A stretch of 49,795 bases of DNA from a virus: the UHGV virus genome UHGV-0206958. One strand, written 5' to 3'. Positions 45,597 through 49,795 of this stretch are shown here, in pieces. Position numbers and translations under genes: made by a program. A model generated the notes under the pieces. The model was not told the origin of the DNA, ran no database searches, and was given only the letters and a program-made list of their open reading frames with translations. Within the stretch, counting starts at the first letter, position 1. Every line of letters begins with the position of its first letter.

Positions 45597-45699
45597 ATTT
45601 CAGGTACGTAAGAAACAAACTCTATAAGACTTCTTGTTAAATCATCTCGAGAGCCTGACCTTTTAAACACACAGCACCCGCACATAGCGAGGTGAGAGC

Positions 45700-45915
45700 A
45701 TGAATCGAATGGAAAAAATCACGACGGGTATTGCATACGGCGCATCTGGAGGGGGGACCGGCTACTGGTTACTTCAGCTCCTCGATAAAGTCTCCCCATC
45801 TCAATGGGCGGCCATTGGTGTGCTGGGAAGCCTCATGTTTGGTTTGCTGACGTGGTTAACGAGTCTGTACTTCCAAATCAAAGCGGATCGCCGCAAAGCT
45901 GCGCGGGGTGAATGA
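45700..45915 (+). CDS. Pinholin (phage 21 S21-like class II holin) with a dual-start motif
   Basis: [14 protein letters not shown]...[14 protein letters not shown]...RRKAARGE. Met1 and Met4 give the antiholin/holin pair. Confidence 0.85.
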   Translation: MNRMEKITTGIAYGASGGGTGYWLLQLLDKVSPSQWAAIGVLGSLMFGLLTWLTSLYFQIKADRRKAARGE

Positions 45916-46451
45916 TGTCGAACAAAGCAAAGCTCAGCGCAGCAGTGCTGGCGCTAATCGCGTCAGGTGCATCTGCTCCACTCATTTTCGACCAGTTCAT
46001 CAGCGAGAAAGAAGGCAATGCGCTGGTGGCCGTTGTTGATCCGGGTGGGGTCTGGTCTTTATGTCATGGCGTAACCGTTATCGATGGCAGGCGTGTGGTT
46101 AAAGGCATGACGGCCACAGAAGAACAATGCCGCAAGGTTAACGCTATTGAACGCGATAAGGCATTAGCCTGGGTTGATCGCAATATCAAAGTGCCTCTGA
46201 CAGAGCCGCAGAAGGTAGGTATCGCATCCTTCTGCCCGTACAACATTGGTCCGGGTAAATGCTTCCCTTCGACCTTTTACAGGCGCATTAATGCAGGCGA
46301 CCGGAAAGGTGCCTGTGAGGCTATACGCTGGTGGATTAAAGACGGTGGTCGTGATTGCCGTCTGACTAAAGGACAGAAGAATGGATGTTACGGCCAAGTC
46401 GAACGACGTGACCAGGAAAGCGCGCTGACGTGCTGGGGGATAGACCAGTGA
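45912..46451 (+). CDS. SAR endolysin (T4-lysozyme family, R21-like)
   Basis: N-terminal signal-anchor-release segment [19 protein letters not shown] and a catalytic E...D...T triad. Confidence 0.85.
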   Translation: MMSNKAKLSAAVLALIASGASAPLIFDQFISEKEGNALVAVVDPGGVWSLCHGVTVIDGRRVVKGMTATEEQCRKVNAIERDKALAWVDRNIKVPLTEPQKVGIASFCPYNIGPGKCFPSTFYRRINAGDRKGACEAIRWWIKDGGRDCRLTKGQKNGCYGQVERRDQESALTCWGIDQ

Positions 46452-46545
46452 GTCCGAGCAACATTTGTTTCATTGTGGCAGGAATTCTTGCGTGTCTCGG
46501 TATGTCTGGTTGGGGATGGTTTCTGTTCGTAGGGGTAATCCTCTT

Positions 46546-46923
46546 ATGAGCCGATTAACCGCAATCATCTGCGCTGTCATTATCTGCCTGCTTGTTTCCA
46601 TGTCCTGGGCGATTAACCACTACCGCGACAACGCTATCAACTACAAAGGCCAGCGCGATAAAGCGACGGTCAGGGCAGAAACATCGGAGGCGATCACCAG
46701 AAACGTGATCACCACGATGAACCTCATCCGTGACATCTCACAGGCTACCCAGAATGCAAAGAACGAACTGGCCAAAAAAGGCGAAACGCGCATTGTCTAC
46801 ATCAGGCAGGCGCTTGAAGGCGATCCGTGCGCTAACCAGCTTGTTCCTTCTGCCGCTGCTGACAGCCTGCGGGAATACGCAGACAGTTTACGTTCCGGCC
46901 CCGGTGGTGCCGATAAGCGCTGA
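46546..46923 (+). CDS. i-spanin Rz
   Basis: [22 protein letters not shown]-terminal TMD followed by a coiled-coil periplasmic domain. GGGGTAATCCTCTTATG RBS. Confidence 0.7.
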   Translation: MSRLTAIICAVIICLLVSMSWAINHYRDNAINYKGQRDKATVRAETSEAITRNVITTMNLIRDISQATQNAKNELAKKGETRIVYIRQALEGDPCANQLVPSAAADSLREYADSLRSGPGGADKR

Positions 46924-47077
46924 CCTGACCGCAGACACACCGATCCCCGGAATGGTGGTTCCGTTCACATGGCAGGCAAGTCTGGAGTTAAACGCTCAGC
47001 TCTACACGGCGCTGGGGCAGTGCAATCTGGATAAGGCAGCAATCAGGAAAATCGAATCATCAAGAGCCTCGCAATAG
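46754..47077 (+). CDS. o-spanin Rz1 (overlapped architecture, extends beyond Rz)
   Basis: +1 frame within Rz with lipobox LLTAC. It runs 154 nt past the Rz stop and ends inside the terminator hairpin. Confidence 0.55.
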   Translation: MQRTNWPKKAKRALSTSGRRLKAIRALTSLFLLPLLTACGNTQTVYVPAPVVPISADLTADTPIPGMVVPFTWQASLELNAQLYTALGQCNLDKAAIRKIESSRASQ

Positions 47078-47090
47078 CGGGGCTTTTTTA
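47065..47090 (+). terminator. Rho-independent terminator after the lysis cassette
   Basis: AGCCTCGC-AATA-GCGGGGCT followed by T6. Confidence 0.6.
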
Positions 47091-47116
47091 TTCCCAGAAG
47101 AAGCAGGAGAAGAAGC

Positions 47117-47317
47117 ATGTTAACAGTAAAAGTAATGTCGCCAAGTGGCGGTGAAGAGATTCATTGCGGGTTGAGTGTAGGGTTCAATCCGGGGCAGCAG
47201 AGCATCGCGGTATCGGGAATGGACAAAAATGTATTCCTGAAACCTGGCGAGGTCGCCTACGTGATGAACCAGAACGGGAAGACGGTATCTCGTTACGAGC
47301 ATAATGACCGCCAGTAG
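47117..47317 (+). CDS. Hypothetical small protein
   Basis: 66 aa with a strong GGAG RBS. Confidence 0.4.
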   Translation: MLTVKVMSPSGGEEIHCGLSVGFNPGQQSIAVSGMDKNVFLKPGEVAYVMNQNGKTVSRYEHNDRQ

Positions 47318-47416
47318 CCATTCCAAAGCTCACCTGCTGGTGGGCTTGATAATGGATATCCCACTGAGCGGATAAATCAAAAATAACCCCTGCAACGGAT
47401 AATGACGGAGCAACAA

Positions 47417-47788
47417 ATGGCAAAAGCCAAATGGCACAGACTTCCGGCATTCACCATTCCGCTGTTTCAAAGTGCGCATGTCTACCTCGCAACAACCAGA
47501 GAACAGTTTCAGCACGCTGATAAATTCCTTGGCGGCAGCGGGGATGAGAGGTCGTTTAACTCTGGACTGGCAAGCAACTATGAAAACACCGATACCGGAG
47601 AGCGTTGCTACCTGATCGGAGTATTCGATAACCAGATATCCACGCTCGTTCATGAATGCGCTCACGTATGCTTTTACGTTTGCTCTGATGTCGGCGTGAC
47701 AACCAAGCCGGAAGACGCCAACGAAACGTACTGCTACATGCTGGATCGCATGTTCAGCCACTTCCTGCCATACCTCAAACAGGAGTAA
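47417..47788 (+). CDS. Hypothetical protein with an HExxH motif (putative small zinc metallopeptidase)
   Basis: 123 aa. VHECAHV is the HEXXH core. GGAG RBS. Confidence 0.4.
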   Translation: MAKAKWHRLPAFTIPLFQSAHVYLATTREQFQHADKFLGGSGDERSFNSGLASNYENTDTGERCYLIGVFDNQISTLVHECAHVCFYVCSDVGVTTKPEDANETYCYMLDRMFSHFLPYLKQE

Positions 47789-47791
47789 CCA

Positions 47792-48307
47792 ATGAGCAAA
47801 CCAGATTGGGAGGCCATTGAATCGGCTTACCGGGCTGGTTCATTGTCAGTAAGGTCCATCGGTGAAAAGCATGGCGTTAACCACGCCACCATCCTGAAGA
47901 GAGCGAACAAAGAAGGATGGCAGCGCGACCTGACAGAAAAGGTCAGGGCGGCAACCAAGGCCAAGGTAACCAAGTCGGTAACCAAAGACAGTAACCAGTC
48001 ACCAGTGGTTACTGATGAGCAGATTATTGACCAGGCCTCCGACGAAGCCGCCGCTGTAGTCATGGCCCATCGAGAAAGTTTAGCGGCATGGCGCGGCATC
48101 ACCAATAAGCTCCGCGACTTCCTCGAAGATGCAGATATCACGGAAGAAAATCACGCCTCAATGTCTCGCTCGATTACAGCCGGTGTTGATGCTCAAATAA
48201 AAGTGATAAACGCTGAGCGCAAGGCGTATAACCTCGACACCGAAGAAGGCAATAAGACGGTTGATGACCTGTCTAACCTGATGGATTCACTGTCTCAGGG
48301 GGCGTAA
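47792..48307 (+). CDS. Terminase small subunit
   Basis: An HTH-containing N-terminal domain, immediately upstream of terL. Assigned by position. Confidence 0.65.
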   Translation: MSKPDWEAIESAYRAGSLSVRSIGEKHGVNHATILKRANKEGWQRDLTEKVRAATKAKVTKSVTKDSNQSPVVTDEQIIDQASDEAAAVVMAHRESLAAWRGITNKLRDFLEDADITEENHASMSRSITAGVDAQIKVINAERKAYNLDTEEGNKTVDDLSNLMDSLSQGA

Positions 48308-49791
48308 TGAAACCTGAGCATCTGAAGCTGCTGTCCGACAAAGACTGGCGGCTGAACAACCTTTACTGGATCACCGACAAAGAGGGTAAGCCTACTCGCT
48401 TCAGGATGACGCCTGAGCAGCGGGAATACTTCGAGGGGATCCACACCCGCAACATCATCCTGAAAGCTCGCCAGCTAGGTTTCACCACTGAGGTGTGCAT
48501 CATCCAGCTCGACGCGGCCCTGTTTGAGTCGGCGAAGTGCGCGCTGATTGCCCACACGCTGAATGACGCAAAGCGCCTGTTCCGTGAAAAGGTGAAGTAT
48601 GCATACGACAAGCTGCCGGCAGAGATAAAGGCTGCCAACCCGGCGAGCAATGATTCGTCTGGTGAGCTCGTCTTTAAGAAGGGAGGATCGCTATACGTCA
48701 GCACGTCGTTTCGTGGTGGTACGCTGCGTTACCTGCACGTTTCTGAGTTCGGGAAGATATGCGCCAAGTATCCTGATAAAGCCCGTGAGATCGTCACTGG
48801 TGCGTTTGAGGCGGTATCGACTGGATGCTTCGCTACTATCGAGAGCACGGCAGAGGGCCGGGCGGGTTACTTCTTCGATTACTGCCAGACGGCAGAGAAG
48901 GCTCTACTACAGGGCAAGCCACTTTCACCGCTCGACTGGAAGTTTTTCTTCTTCTCCTGGTGGAAGAATCCGCAGTACGCCATCGACCCGGTAGAGCCAC
49001 TACCGCAGCGCCTGATTGAATACTTCGCTGAAATGGCGGCGAAGCACGGCGTAGTCGTCAATGAGCGTCAGAAAGCCTGGTACTACGCCAAAGAGAAAAC
49101 GCTCGGCGACGACATGAAGCGCGAATACCCGACCATTCCGGCCGAGGCGTTCCAGCAGTCTGTCGAGGGCGCGTATTACGCCAAGCAATTCCGCTGGCTC
49201 TACACCAACAAGCGGATCGGCAAAATCCCGGATAACTCACACCTCCCGGTGCACACGTTCTGGGATATCGGTGTGGGTGACTCCACGGCAATCTGGTTCG
49301 TTCGCGAGGTCGGCGAAGAGTTCCATATCATCGACTACTACGAAAACTCTGGCGAGGGCCTGCGGCACTACATGAAGGTTCTGAAAGACCGAGGCTACAC
49401 CTATGGTGAGCACTGGGGGCCGCACGATATCGACAACAGGGAGTTCGGTAGTGATGCCAAGTCCCGGCGTGAGATTGCACGTGAAGGTTATGAAATCGAC
49501 GGGCATAAATACTCGTTGAAGTTCCTAGTGGTGCCAAAGGAATCAGTCGATACCGGCATTGAGTCGGTGCGTGAGATTCTGCCTCGCTGCGTATTTGATG
49601 AAGAGAAATGTGCTGAAGGGATCTCCCATCTTGAGGGATACCGCAAAGAGTGGGACGACAAGCGCGGCTGCTGGAAAGATAAGCCGCTACACGACAAAAC
49701 ATCACACGGTTCTGACGGTTTCCGCTATTTCGGGGTCGTGAAGACAAACCGTCGCAAACCAACCGGCAAAGTCACCAACCTACGGATGTAA
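48307..49791 (+). CDS. Terminase large subunit (headful/pac-type family)
   Basis: 494 aa with an ATPase N-terminal domain and a nuclease C-terminal domain (the D-rich segment GPHDIDNREFGSD). Confidence 0.85.
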   Translation: MKPEHLKLLSDKDWRLNNLYWITDKEGKPTRFRMTPEQREYFEGIHTRNIILKARQLGFTTEVCIIQLDAALFESAKCALIAHTLNDAKRLFREKVKYAYDKLPAEIKAANPASNDSSGELVFKKGGSLYVSTSFRGGTLRYLHVSEFGKICAKYPDKAREIVTGAFEAVSTGCFATIESTAEGRAGYFFDYCQTAEKALLQGKPLSPLDWKFFFFSWWKNPQYAIDPVEPLPQRLIEYFAEMAAKHGVVVNERQKAWYYAKEKTLGDDMKREYPTIPAEAFQQSVEGAYYAKQFRWLYTNKRIGKIPDNSHLPVHTFWDIGVGDSTAIWFVREVGEEFHIIDYYENSGEGLRHYMKVLKDRGYTYGEHWGPHDIDNREFGSDAKSRREIAREGYEIDGHKYSLKFLVVPKESVDTGIESVREILPRCVFDEEKCAEGISHLEGYRKEWDDKRGCWKDKPLHDKTSHGSDGFRYFGVVKTNRRKPTGKVTNLRM

Positions 49792-49795
49792 CTCC

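Larger units (their letters stand above)
1..49795. mobile_element. Complete temperate lambdoid siphovirus genome (circularly permuted map: terL at right end, portal at left end, int/attP in the middle)
   Basis: Full head, tail, integration, recombination, immunity, replication, nin/Q, lysis and terminase modules in lambda virion-map order. terL stop lies at 49791, 4 nt from the window end, and the portal ATG is at nt 1. Confidence 0.7.

Noticed and set aside
1-49795. tRNA, rRNA or CRISPR features
   Set aside because: No cloverleaf-compatible segment was recognised near int or elsewhere. No regularly spaced direct repeats with unique spacers were seen. The only tandem and iterated repeats are the 12-nt coding repeat and the ori iterons.

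Overview
The window reads as a complete temperate lambdoid siphovirus genome of about 49.8 kb (enterobacterial lambda/Rac-type mosaic). The large terminase gene ends 4 nt before the window end and the portal gene starts at nt 1, so the linear order looks like a circularly permuted (headful) map.

Gene order, left to right:
- Packaging and head: portal (DUF935-like), Mu-F-like head morphogenesis protein, scaffold, major capsid, head-tail joining genes.
- Tail: major tail protein with a C-terminal Ig-like domain, G/GT chaperone with a -1 frameshift at an A7 run, tape measure, lambda M/L/K/I/J homologues, a 321-aa protein coupled to J, and a tail fiber.
- A short 'b-region' with two divergently oriented genes on either side of a LexA box (an msgA/DinI-like gene and a small ORF followed by a degenerate UmuD-like ORF), then a candidate attP with GTGTCCA/TGGACAC arm-type repeats and a P4-family tyrosine integrase.
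- Leftward early operon: AlpA-like excisionase, RecT, a 1139-aa RecE-like exonuclease, and small genes.
- Rac-type immunity region: an HTH-only repressor with no S24 peptidase domain, divergent from YdaS/YdaT-like genes.
- Rightward early region: O-like initiator with CGCGCA iterons plus an AT-rich ori, lambda-P-like helicase loader, a 680-aa C5 cytosine methyltransferase, a second LexA-boxed DinI gene, a nin region (YbcO-like, RusA) and a Q antiterminator with a candidate tR'.
- Lysis and packaging: S21-type pinholin with dual start, SAR endolysin, overlapped Rz/Rz1, terminase small and large subunits.

Two AT-rich cargo islands stand out:
- Between the tape-measure gene and gpM there is a lipoprotein gene and a YafO-family toxin preceded by a non-canonical 188-aa partner.
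- Between Q/tR' and the holin there is a Hanks-type Ser/Thr kinase fused operonically to a PP2C phosphatase. This is my best candidate for an undescribed phage-borne signalling or defence module.

No tRNA, rRNA or CRISPR array was seen. All calls come from reading the sequence and remembered family motifs; no database search was run.
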